The notes under the pieces are model-generated. The model had not been told where the DNA came from. It saw nothing but the letters and a program-made list of their open reading frames with translations, and did no database searches. From a bacterium (GTDB taxonomy: Bacteria > SZUA-182 > DTGQ01 > JAFGSM01): a DNA stretch of 34,827 nucleotides. Every line of letters starts with the position of its first letter. Within the stretch, counting starts at the first letter, position 1. The DNA lies in NCBI GenBank assembly GCA_049472355.1, contig JBLIRP010000036.1, forward strand, positions 1-34,827. The letters are read 5' to 3'. Positions 9,990 through 19,290 of this stretch are shown piece after piece. The position numbers and the translations under genes were made by a program.

Positions 9990-11000
9990 TCAGAGCTTTT
10001 CGTTTATGTCGCCCTGTCGTTGCCGATCCAGGTATTCCATGAAAAAGACGAGGAAAATGGCCATAAACGCGGCCACGAAGGTGGATAAGAGGACGATCAT
10101 GGATCGCTTGGGCTTGAATTTTTTGTCCGGGACCTCCGGGGGATCGATGATCTTGAAGGCGAAATACTGCTGCGCCTTGGCGAGCATGATCTGTCTTGTC
10201 TGCTCGGCAATGACGGCATAGAGGCTCTGCCGCATCTCCAGCAACGGGGTTTCCTCTATCAATTTGCTGAGATAGTCGATGTTCGCCTCCGCCTCCTTGA
10301 TGGCCTGCTCCTTGAGATGATTGTTGAGGGTCTCGATAAAGAGGGTAAGCCAGGAGGCCGCCTGCGCAGGGTCCTCCCGCTCCAGGGACACGGTGGTCAA
10401 ACCGTTCTTTCGGTCGGTGGAAACGCTCAGGATGCCGTCCAGCAATCGATAGGCATCCCACAGGGTGGGCTTCTCATCGGGGGTGGTGACGTTCCAGGCA
10501 TTCCTTTCCTGGTCCCACTTCTTCGGGAAAAGGTGGGGCATCATCCCATTCTCCTCGACAACCTGCTTGATGAAGGCGCGTGATTTGAGCACCGCCAGGT
10601 TCACCTCGTTGCTCCCGTTTCCGAGAGGCAGCCCCACCATTGAGGCAAGCCCGTTGAACTGGCCGAGCAGGCTGGCGAATCCGCCTCCCCCGTTTTTCTT
10701 CTCGATGGGGGCGAGCACCACCTCCGCGCGATAGATATTCGGCATGAGCAGCGAAAAGACCACACTGGAGACGGCGGTCATGGCGACGATCAGGACGATG
10801 ATCCACTTCCGCTTCATCAGGACCCGCCAGTATTCGATGAGGTTTATCTCCTCATCCTCGACGTAGAATCCGTTTTGGTGGTTGGGATAGGGAGCGGGCC
10901 ATCCGGGAGGGATTTCAAAGGACTCCTCAACCTTGGATTCCGTGTCGAGTTCATTCTGGCTTTTGAATTTCACTTGAAAATCCCCTTTGGGTATTTTCAT
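9990..11000 (-). CDS. Wzz/GumC-type polysaccharide chain-length determinant
   Basis: EEINLIEYWRVL, TM1 then PNIYRA, coiled-coil region, IIDPPEVP..KFKPKR then TM2. The start lies within repeat copy 2. Confidence 0.88.
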   Translation of the reverse strand: MKIPKGDFQVKFKSQNELDTESKVEESFEIPPGWPAPYPNHQNGFYVEDEEINLIEYWRVLMKRKWIIVLIVAMTAVSSVVFSLLMPNIYRAEVVLAPIEKKNGGGGFASLLGQFNGLASMVGLPLGNGSNEVNLAVLKSRAFIKQVVEENGMMPHLFPKKWDQERNAWNVTTPDEKPTLWDAYRLLDGILSVSTDRKNGLTTVSLEREDPAQAASWLTLFIETLNNHLKEQAIKEAEANIDYLSKLIEETPLLEMRQSLYAVIAEQTRQIMLAKAQQYFAFKIIDPPEVPDKKFKPKRSMIVLLSTFVAAFMAIFLVFFMEYLDRQRQGDINEKL

Positions 11001-11096
11001 GCCTCTTTGTGAGCCGAGGGCTCATCTGCGTTTCACTTCTACATTCTACATTCTACATTCGATATTCGCAGTTTCATCAGGCTCATGTGCGTTTCA
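10975..11096 (-). repeat. Dispersed intergenic repeat, copy 2
   Basis: Reverse-complement match to 2733-2841 with two extra heptamer units (ttctaca/ttcgata). Confidence 0.9.
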
Positions 11097-14000
11097 TCAG
11101 TCGAATAACCCCACCGTTTTGAAGGCTGCTGCGGAAATCCCCAACTGATAGACAATCTGCGAGATATCCTTGGTCAACTCCAGACCGGATACCCGTCGTA
11201 TCTTCTCAGGTGCCACTATTATATCACCAGGACCCACTGAAACGCCACTCCTGAAGAAACCCGTCTTATCGGGGACCACCTCACCATTGGCCTTGATGAC
11301 GTATATGGCGTCCCGGTTTGCCATCTCGGTAAGACCACCGGCGGATCGGATGAAGTCGCGGCTGTTCTTTCCCTTTTCGTACAGGAAGGCGGTGGGATTG
11401 TAGACCTCCCCGAGCACCAGCACGGAGTCCGGTTTTTTGGGAATATGGAGTGCATCGCCGTCCTGCAGCAGGACGTTGTACCGGCTTTCCCGCAACTGAT
11501 CGGGCTCCATGAGATGGATGATGAGGCGGCCCTCCGGCTTCGTGGTGCGAAGCCTCTCCACCAACTGCATGAGATTGGCCACTGCGAATTTCCGTTTCTC
11601 GGTGTCCTTTTCCTCCCCTGCAGCCACCGGTGAGGCACCCAGCCGTGCGATGTCGGATTCGAGATTGTCCGCCATGTCCTCGAATTCCTTCTCCTGGAAC
11701 TCCGCAATCGCCCTCCGGGTAAACTTTGCTGCGAAAAGGTAGGCATCATCGGTGAACCCGCCTGCCCGCTCAACAAGGTCGGCGAGCATCTCCCCCTCCT
11801 CGATGGGGTAGACACCGGGAAAACGCACCTCCCCGGTAACGGTGACCCGTTCCGCCTCACGCCAGTTGGTCACCCTCCGGATGTGCAGGTGGTCATAGGG
11901 CTGCAGCACGATGTCGGCGAATCGATCCCCGGAAGCGATCCCCTCGAGATTCACCTCGATGTGCTCGGAGATCCGCTTTTCCCCCTTGACCACGAAGTAT
12001 CTGGTAAGCTCGGCCCGCTTCCGGTATGCCTTCTCGGTGAAGCTCCCGCCGCTGAAGACGAGGTCTGAAACCGTTGCCCCCTCCACCAGGGGATAGGTGC
12101 CCGGGACGTTCACCTCGCCGGACACGGTCACCTCGTGAGGGGTCTTGAATTCCCATATCGAGTGAACCGCAAGGTGATCGAGGTCCTGAAGCGGCAGGTT
12201 ATCGCTCCCCTCCCGCCCCAGCACCGCCCGCAGATCGATCTTCACCACCGTCACCTGTTTGGTAAGGGGATCGGTGCGATAGAGCTCCGCCTCATCCAGG
12301 TATGCATCGCGCAGCAGCCCCCCCCCTGCCAGGATGAGATCGATCACCCGCATGCCCTTCTTCAACTCGTAGAAACCGGGCGCATGCACCACCGTCCCTG
12401 TGTCGCTGACACACGCATACGGGCCCGGGGAAAGAGCTACCCCGCGCCTCTCGCCGGAGGAGATGCCCCGTTTCGGCTCCGCACCGCAGAGTGAACCGGG
12501 GGAATCCCGAACCCCGCCTATGGAGACCATGGGTATCTCCCTGAAATGGGAGCGATGGAAGATACACACCCTGTCCCGCGGCTGCAGGACAAGGTTCGCC
12601 TCCCGATCACCCTCGATCACCCTTCCAAGATCGAAGCGGATCAGCTCGGGCTCCCTGTTCCCCTCCGCCTCCCGCTCGATGAGCGCATAGGAGTAATAAG
12701 TCTCGGGCAGGAGATCATCGTTCCCCTTCACCAGGTCGGCTATCCTCATCCCCGGGACGTACCCCTTCTTGCCGGGACGCTTCACATTGCCGCTGAGATA
12801 GACAACACGCTCTTCGATATCGAGCACCGGGAAGATCTTGAGCAGGTCCCCGTCCCGCACCGTGGTTGCCTTTCCATCATCGCTCAAATCGATGTCGAAT
12901 ACAACCCTCTCCCCGTCCTCGTTGATCCGCTCGATCTGTGCCATATTCTTGAACCCGGTGGCAAGCAGCCCTCCGGCCATGTCTATCAGCCCTCCAACCG
13001 TCGTCTTTCCCTTGAGCTCGTAGATGGCCGGACGCTTTACCTCCCCGGCGATCCCCGCCGTATTCCCGACCGGCGGCACGAACACCACATCCCCGGGCAG
13101 AAGCCGCACGTCGCCGGAGGTGTCGCCCTTGAGCAGAAAGTCATAGAGGTCGAGCACGGAAATCCTTTTTCCATCGCGGCGAAGCTCGATGGCGCGCAGG
13201 GTCCCGATCTTTTTGACCCCGCCGGACACGAAAAGGGCATGGGAGAGGGTGGAAAGGCCGCTGACCGTGTAGGAACCGGGCCGCTCCACGTCTCCCAGGA
13301 CAAAAACCCGGATCGATCGCAGTTGTCCCATGGTGATATACACGTTGACCCCGATCATCTTGTTCTTGACGATCTCTTCGATAAGGGAGGTCATCCGGGA
13401 GAAGGTGAGGCCGGCCACGTGGATCGGCCCCTCATCCGGGAAGTTGATGGTCCCCTTTCTGGTCACCGTGAGGATAAGCTGCTCCTGGCGTGCACCATAC
13501 AAATGGACCAGCACCTCATCCTCCGGTCCGATGATGTAGTCGCGCGGCACCGGTATATCGGTGGCCGGGGCGAAGGTGGTAGGGGTGCCTGCAAAGAGGG
13601 AGTATCCGAACTGGTCGATCTCGGTGGACACGCCCGAGGAAACCCCTTCTTCCACAAGGTCCTCCAAGGTGAGACGGATGAGGTCCCGTTCCGACTTGAC
13701 CGCAGGCCTTTGTTCGGAAGGGGAATCGACCCGTGTGGCCGATGCATCCGGAAGGGCCTGTTCCCTTTGATCGTCCCCTGGCTCCCTCCGCAAGGCGCCC
13801 CTGTCCTCCCTGTGGCGTTCAATCCTTCTCCTGGATCGAACGGCCGGTCCGGCAAGATCTTCCTCCCCTCGCGTATGGAACTTCTCCTCGATCGCCGAAG
13901 GCTCCTCGGAGATACGAGGGATGACCACCGGGACGAGCGCCTCCTCTTTTTCCCGATCCTCCCCTTGTTCAGGAATCTTCACGCCGTATTGTTCGGCAAG

Positions 14001-14126
14001 CGCCTTCTGCTGGGCAGGGGACAATCGTTTCATCTGGTCGATATGGGCCGGGGTAATGTTCTGTGCGCGGGCAGCGGGAACGATGAGGACATGGAGCATG
14101 AAAAGAACCAGCGTGAATCTTTTCAT
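11097..14126 (-). CDS. Polysaccharide export protein with multiple SLBB domains (Wza/KpsD/OtnA-like)
   Basis: Signal peptide (ARA-Q), FGYSLF...DYIIGPED Poly_export domain, repeated VxVxGEVxxPGxY SLBB motifs, C-terminal amphipathic helix. Confidence 0.92.
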   Translation of the reverse strand: MKRFTLVLFMLHVLIVPAARAQNITPAHIDQMKRLSPAQQKALAEQYGVKIPEQGEDREKEEALVPVVIPRISEEPSAIEEKFHTRGEEDLAGPAVRSRRRIERHREDRGALRREPGDDQREQALPDASATRVDSPSEQRPAVKSERDLIRLTLEDLVEEGVSSGVSTEIDQFGYSLFAGTPTTFAPATDIPVPRDYIIGPEDEVLVHLYGARQEQLILTVTRKGTINFPDEGPIHVAGLTFSRMTSLIEEIVKNKMIGVNVYITMGQLRSIRVFVLGDVERPGSYTVSGLSTLSHALFVSGGVKKIGTLRAIELRRDGKRISVLDLYDFLLKGDTSGDVRLLPGDVVFVPPVGNTAGIAGEVKRPAIYELKGKTTVGGLIDMAGGLLATGFKNMAQIERINEDGERVVFDIDLSDDGKATTVRDGDLLKIFPVLDIEERVVYLSGNVKRPGKKGYVPGMRIADLVKGNDDLLPETYYSYALIEREAEGNREPELIRFDLGRVIEGDREANLVLQPRDRVCIFHRSHFREIPMVSIGGVRDSPGSLCGAEPKRGISSGERRGVALSPGPYACVSDTGTVVHAPGFYELKKGMRVIDLILAGGGLLRDAYLDEAELYRTDPLTKQVTVVKIDLRAVLGREGSDNLPLQDLDHLAVHSIWEFKTPHEVTVSGEVNVPGTYPLVEGATVSDLVFSGGSFTEKAYRKRAELTRYFVVKGEKRISEHIEVNLEGIASGDRFADIVLQPYDHLHIRRVTNWREAERVTVTGEVRFPGVYPIEEGEMLADLVERAGGFTDDAYLFAAKFTRRAIAEFQEKEFEDMADNLESDIARLGASPVAAGEEKDTEKRKFAVANLMQLVERLRTTKPEGRLIIHLMEPDQLRESRYNVLLQDGDALHIPKKPDSVLVLGEVYNPTAFLYEKGKNSRDFIRSAGGLTEMANRDAIYVIKANGEVVPDKTGFFRSGVSVGPGDIIVAPEKIRRVSGLELTKDISQIVYQLGISAAAFKTVGLFD

Positions 14127-14399
14127 AGTGTATAATCACCTTGTGATAGGGTTGGAAACGAAAGGAAAATGTAGCACACCTGAAGCCTTTTTTCAAAGAG
14201 TCGTCACAAGGGTGTCACAAGAGCATGGCATTCCCCCGACAATTCCCATTTTGACACCGCCTTAACGTAAGCGGACATGTTTACATGTCTGCCTGCATCG
14301 AGACCCCCCGGAATCAGGGATGTTGTTTCTCCTTCTTCTTCGGTTCCTCATCTGTGCGCGGCGCCTCCCTGAATCGGGATTCCCGGAATCTCCCTCGCG

Positions 14400-15923
14400 C
14401 TACAAGCGCCTTGTCCAGCATACCAGGAGGAGATGGCCTTCCTCGCCGATTCCTTGCCATTCCCCCCGTTCATATTCGTACTCGATGCCTGCCTGGACAT
14501 GGGCCCCGACATGACGGAGACCGAATCGAATGCCGTTCTGTCTGCCGGGGATGCTCCCGTACCGCTCCTTCCTCAGGAGGTGTTCATAGTCAACCGAAAC
14601 ACGCCAGCGTACGCCGAAGGGGTGCGTCATCCTCACCCACACATCCCGTGCAGCCCCGCCCATGGCATGCCCTATGATGGAACCATCGTGGGTATAGCCG
14701 TCAAGGAACTGCCCGTGGGTATACCAGCGGGTATCGTCATGGTCCAGATTCTGCGCATACTCCACCCTCAGGTCGGTGGCGCCGGTGTCGATGTAGAGGC
14801 CGTAGAGGGTCGCCACATCGGTGAGTCTGGGATAAAACCGGTCCACAAAACTCAAATCCGTGCCCCCGTACTCCACGTATGCCCGCATCCCCCGCAGCCG
14901 GCGAAAGGGCAGGGAAAGGTTCAAGGACGCATCGAAGGAGGCGACCCGATCGGTGACCGGACCCTCGGTTTCCTCCCGATTGACCGCCTTGTGCCTGGGG
15001 AAGAAGACCTCCTTCACGTCATCGAGGCTTAGTCCGTCCCTTCCGATAAAATGGGCGGCCATTGACGCCCCGAACTCGAACCGGGGAGAGGGGGAAAAAT
15101 CAATGCGCATGCCTCCGAAGTGCGGCTTCGTGAACACGGTCACCTCGGCGCCCGATTCCCGATATCTGACCGGCATTGCCGAAGTCCGACCGTACAGCAG
15201 GGCGAACCTGAACGTCCCCAGGAAACCGAGCGAATAGGGATAGGGATTGTAGAGCCTGACCAGATCAAGGGGCGGGGCATTGTTGGTGAGCACCCATGCC
15301 CCGTGCCTTCCCGGCCCCCACCACAGGGAATCCCTCCCCCCAGCAATCCCTATACGCTCCCCTTCGACTGCCAGGTACAATCGGAGAACATCAGCCGTTT
15401 CATCATCATGGCCGTCCAGCCAAAGTCGTGGAGCCAGGGCCCCGGCAAGGGCGCTCGTTTCGAACCCCCACTCCGGTATCACCCTTCCGTGCCACCCGTC
15501 GCCGAGGGTATCACCGGCGTTGTTCTCCTCGATAACGGGCCCATGTGCGAACGCACCCTCCAGGGTGATGCCGGTATACGTCCGTATTCCGGTTTCATGT
15601 CCGGGGCGTTCCCGGTCTTCGGCCGCCAGCCCGAGGTCCTCCTCCAGCAGGGAAAGGAGCCCCTCCAGGTGGTCGCTCCGCTTTTCCGTGTTCGCATCCT
15701 GCAGCGCCCTGGCCTGGCTCACGATCCTCGCCATATCCAGCCTGTTCATCGGTCTGCTGTTGAGGGGGTAGGCAATTCCCCAGGCAAGGGCGATCCTCTC
15801 TACGGCCTCATATTTCCAGTCGCCCACGGGTACCTTGAGTGAGGCGGCGCGTGGGTGCTCCGGCACAACAAGGCAGAATAAAAGAAACACACCGAAGACC
15901 GGGATAATCTTCTTTATACGCAT
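14400..15923 (-). CDS. Capsule assembly Wzi-family outer-membrane beta-barrel
   Basis: Signal peptide, RPMNRLDMAR, GRDSLWWGPGRHGAWVLTNNAPP (Wzi signature), YTHDGSIIGHAMG. Confidence 0.88.
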   Translation of the reverse strand: MRIKKIIPVFGVFLLFCLVVPEHPRAASLKVPVGDWKYEAVERIALAWGIAYPLNSRPMNRLDMARIVSQARALQDANTEKRSDHLEGLLSLLEEDLGLAAEDRERPGHETGIRTYTGITLEGAFAHGPVIEENNAGDTLGDGWHGRVIPEWGFETSALAGALAPRLWLDGHDDETADVLRLYLAVEGERIGIAGGRDSLWWGPGRHGAWVLTNNAPPLDLVRLYNPYPYSLGFLGTFRFALLYGRTSAMPVRYRESGAEVTVFTKPHFGGMRIDFSPSPRFEFGASMAAHFIGRDGLSLDDVKEVFFPRHKAVNREETEGPVTDRVASFDASLNLSLPFRRLRGMRAYVEYGGTDLSFVDRFYPRLTDVATLYGLYIDTGATDLRVEYAQNLDHDDTRWYTHGQFLDGYTHDGSIIGHAMGGAARDVWVRMTHPFGVRWRVSVDYEHLLRKERYGSIPGRQNGIRFGLRHVGAHVQAGIEYEYERGEWQGIGEEGHLLLVCWTRRL

Positions 15924-16207
15924 TTCAGCAGGCTTCGTACATTTTGGGATAAAACGGGGAACCCACGTCTACAATGGGAATGATGCGATACCAGGATCAT
16001 GGTGTATGGCTATTCTCGCCGCATCCCTTTGTCCCGGGAGCCCCGGAGTAAAAAGGGGACATGCTTCCATACGATGTAAGAAATGAGGCATATGCTCCTG
16101 TATCAGAGTATTTATTGTATATCATTACGGGGACGAAATACAACCGGAGGCTTATCGACGCAGCACGACGTGCCGTTCATCATCCTGCCGAGGGTCCAAG
16201 GGTACGC

Positions 16208-17728
16208 TCATCCGTGTTTGCGTATCCCGAGCTTCCTCAACCGCGAATCAAAGGTGGAACGGTTTAATCCCGCAGCCCTGGCACACTTGGAGATGTTCCA
16301 GCGGTTTTGTTCAAGCAATTGGAGGACATACTCCCTCTCCAGGTCCTTCCACGAGCGATCGTCGAGGGTACGGGGCCTGTCCGGGACACGGCCCGATCCG
16401 GGCATTCGTTGCCGGGGCTCTGTATCGAAGGATTCCGGTGGGTTAACAACCATAAAGTGCTTCGGCAGATTGTCGAGGGAAATGACCGGATCGTCGTTTA
16501 CCACAATGATATGTCTGACAAAGTTTTCAAGCTCCCTGATATTCCCCCTCCAGGGATAGTGCACCAGGCGGTCCAGGGCCTCATTGGACAGCCTCTTCGG
16601 CTTGATGCCCAGCCGTCTTGACTCCCTGTGGATAAAGCCTTCCAGGAGCAGCGGAATATCCTCACCCCTGTTTCTCAGGGGAGGAAGGTGCAGGGGGAGG
16701 ACGTTCAGCCGATAGAACAGGTCTTCCCTGAATCGCTTCTCGGCAATCGCCTCTTTCAGATTGGCATTGGTTGCCGCTACGATCCGAACATCAACCCTTT
16801 TGGAAACATTACTGCCGAGGGGTTTGATCTCCCCGTCCTGAATGAACCGCAACAGGCGCGCCTGGAGATCATAGGACATATCGCCGATTTCATCCAGGAA
16901 CACGGTCCCCCCGTTTGCGGTCTCAAAAAGGCCGTCCTTATCCCTGACCGCACCGGTAAACGCGCCCCGTTTATGCCCGAACAATTCGCTCTCCAGGAGG
17001 GTTTCCGGGATGGCGCAGCAGTTTTGCACCAGATAGGGATTCTCGCGGCGGTTGCTCAAACGGTGGAGCTCCCGCGCAAACAGTTCCTTACCCGTGCCGC
17101 TTTCCCCGGTGATCAGCACAGGATAATCAACCCTGGCATAGCTCTTCAGCTTCTCGTACTCGTTGAGAAAGCATCTGCTTTGACCGATGATCGCCTGATG
17201 GTCCTTAAACTCGCCAATGATCTTTTTGAGCTCCCTGTTTTCCTCGAGCTGCTTGTGGTAGTCGAAGTACTTGCTGATGGCGATTGAGCCCACCTTTATA
17301 ATATCCTCAATTAATTCAAGGTAGTCCTTGTCCAGGTTCATGATGTTTCCGCTGCTCATGACATCGATGAGCTCAAGTGCGCCGAACACCTCACCGGATT
17401 CGAGGATGAGGGGGAAGCAGAGTATGAGGTTGCTCTTCAACGCAAAGTCCTGTTCGATTTGTTGAAAGTGCCGCTCGTCTTCACCGGCCTTTGCAATCGT
17501 CCTTCGCCCGTTTTCTATCACCCACCCCACAATGCTGGGGTGGTCGCTGCGTATGCTGATACCCTTCACCTTTTCGCTTTCCTCGCCCAGCGCCTCGATG
17601 CACAGGTACCTGGCCCCCTTTTTGACCCAAATGGATCCCCGTTCGACGTTCTGCAGCTTCAGGAGACTTGAAAGAAAGGCATTGAGGATGTCAGCGGTTT
17701 CGAATGGCTTTTTGATCATGGCGCACAC
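16208..17728 (-). CDS. Sigma54-dependent enhancer-binding protein (GAF-AAA+-Fis HTH)
   Basis: N-terminal GAF domain, [52 protein letters not shown]-terminal HTH. Start is GTG 17728 or ATG 17719. Confidence 0.95.
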   Translation of the reverse strand: MCAMIKKPFETADILNAFLSSLLKLQNVERGSIWVKKGARYLCIEALGEESEKVKGISIRSDHPSIVGWVIENGRRTIAKAGEDERHFQQIEQDFALKSNLILCFPLILESGEVFGALELIDVMSSGNIMNLDKDYLELIEDIIKVGSIAISKYFDYHKQLEENRELKKIIGEFKDHQAIIGQSRCFLNEYEKLKSYARVDYPVLITGESGTGKELFARELHRLSNRRENPYLVQNCCAIPETLLESELFGHKRGAFTGAVRDKDGLFETANGGTVFLDEIGDMSYDLQARLLRFIQDGEIKPLGSNVSKRVDVRIVAATNANLKEAIAEKRFREDLFYRLNVLPLHLPPLRNRGEDIPLLLEGFIHRESRRLGIKPKRLSNEALDRLVHYPWRGNIRELENFVRHIIVVNDDPVISLDNLPKHFMVVNPPESFDTEPRQRMPGSGRVPDRPRTLDDRSWKDLEREYVLQLLEQNRWNISKCARAAGLNRSTFDSRLRKLGIRKHG

Positions 17729-17888
17729 TACCCGTTAATGAAGGGGATACAAAAAAATCTTTAATGATAAAGGACTATCCCAATAGAGCGTTACATAACC
17801 TGGCCTTTTATAATTTTAATAGTATATCATCATTTTTTTGAATTATCAATATTATTTCCATTACCAAACATTCGATTCGTTTTTTAAC

Positions 17889-17965
17889 TTCTCCCTTCTC
17901 CATTCTCCCTTCTCCATTCTCCCTTCTCCATTCTCCCTTCTCCATTCTCCCTTCGACATTCGTTT
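17889..17965 (+). repeat. Heptamer tandem repeat
   Basis: Nine alternating TTCTCCC/TTCTCCA units followed by TTCGACA and TTCGTTT. Confidence 0.95.
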
Positions 17966-18136
17966 TTATAATGATAATGAATATGCTGGGAACAAGGATG
18001 GAACTACCGAAATTTCGTTAATTTTATCTTAAAACAATACATCTGTTGTCATTTAATGATTTTTTTTAGATCCCACAGAAACGTATTTGGCCCGTTATTC
18101 CTTGTATACACAGGGTTTTGGTGCGATCTTCAAGAT

Positions 18137-18151
18137 TGGCACATGAATTGC
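18137..18151 (+). promoter_or_regulatory. Sigma54 -24/-12 promoter
   Basis: TGGCAC-atgaa-TTGC, an exact consensus, divergent from the sigma54 activator gene. Confidence 0.8.
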
Positions 18152-18162
18152 TTCTTAATAAA

Positions 18163-18470
18163 TGCGTAACCTTGAAACGATCCATTGGCGTGTGATCACA
18201 ACACCGTTCTCACGCCTCCTTGACATGAAAATCTCACGGAACATTCGCTGCGGCCATCATATTGCCTGCAGCACAACCGATTGAAGGGTCCCACGAAGGC
18301 CAAAAGAGGGTCGGCCTTATTTGGGGGGGAACAAAAAGGGATCGGCCCGGACGGAAACGGTTGGAGTGGGTTTTACAGCTCACATAAGTGCAATTGCTCT
18401 TTGAGTGGTTGCATGGAAACTCCGTTTCCAAATTTAAAAGCCTCCGGTTTTTACCGGAGGCTCTTTTTTT
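18163..18470 (+). ncRNA. Candidate sigma54-dependent small RNA (about 305 nt)
   Basis: Bounded by a sigma54 promoter and a strong terminator; contains several hairpins and no credible ORF. Confidence 0.5.
18439..18470 (+). terminator. Rho-independent terminator
   Basis: agcctccggt-tttt-accggaggct followed by cttttttt. Confidence 0.85.
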
Positions 18471-18623
18471 GTGCGTACGTGCAGACAAGGTAAGGGCCCT
18501 GGCGATACGATACAATCCTATTCCCGGGGCGAAAAAATCCCTTTCCTGGCCTTACATGTCTGGTGCAAAGGCACACCGTGTCGGATCATCGGGATACGGC
18601 CATAAGGGTGAAATATCGGCATA

Positions 18624-19136
18624 CTACCGTCGTGGACAAGGCGAAAGGCGCCCATAGAGCCCGATCTCCTGCTCGAAATTCGGCGTGAACACGCCGGTCC
18701 CCATGGCTGCGGCGATCTCTTCCCTATCCCAGAAACGGACCGCCTCGATCTCTTCCCGGTTGAACTCAATGGCTCCGTCGAAGGTGCACTGATAACTGCG
18801 AATGTTCTCCGATTCCACCTCATTGCGCATCTTGTAATCGTAAAGATAATCCAGCGAAATTCCCTTGATCCCCAGTTCCTCCTCCAGCTCTCTTAATGCC
18901 GCCTCCTCATACGATTCCCCGGAGGCCACATGCCCTCCCACCGAGGTATCCCATTTGCCCGGCTGAATGTCCTTGTTCATCGACCTCTTCTGGAGCAGGA
19001 GCTGTCCCCGGGAATTGAAGACCAGTATATGGGCAGCCCGATGAATGAGACCGGGATTTCCGTGGCATTCACTCCTGAGTGCCCTTCTGAGGATCACGTT
19101 CTCTTCGGTTACGATATCGAGGTATTCGTTGTCCAT
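18624..19136 (-). CDS. NUDIX hydrolase (YfcD/Idi-like)
   Basis: HRAAHI, LLLQKRS..K..PGKWD, Nudix box GGHVASGESYEEAALRELEEELG; GGAGG RBS before ATG 19136. Confidence 0.92.
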   Translation of the reverse strand: MDNEYLDIVTEENVILRRALRSECHGNPGLIHRAAHILVFNSRGQLLLQKRSMNKDIQPGKWDTSVGGHVASGESYEEAALRELEEELGIKGISLDYLYDYKMRNEVESENIRSYQCTFDGAIEFNREEIEAVRFWDREEIAAAMGTGVFTPNFEQEIGLYGRLSPCPRR

Positions 19137-19290
19137 GCATCCTCCATCGATGGTCGCAGTGGGGACATTTTTGAAGCCCTCCCTCATATGTTCATTCCTG
19201 CTATCGCCACAAAGCGACATGAGGAATTGTGCGATGGTTCCGGCCGGCCTCTCCCGTCAGAAGGGCCATCGCATCCGAAATGGCCGCCTA

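Noticed and set aside
12546..14135. 529-aa plus-strand ORF
   Set aside because: Antisense shadow of the SLBB exporter with no recognisable motifs; the same applies to 1265-2116, 19045-20157, 31399-32373 and 32734-33714.
14254..14262. GGCGGTG as an ops/JUMPstart element
   Set aside because: Only a partial match to GGCGGTAG with no JUMPstart context.
17838..18032. ORF with FSLLHSP repeats
   Set aside because: Translation artefact of the heptamer array.
18436..18450. AAAGCCTCCGGT resembling the c-di-GMP-I riboswitch P2 start
   Set aside because: No upstream GGCAAA..GAAA..GGACGC element; the sequence is a terminator stem.
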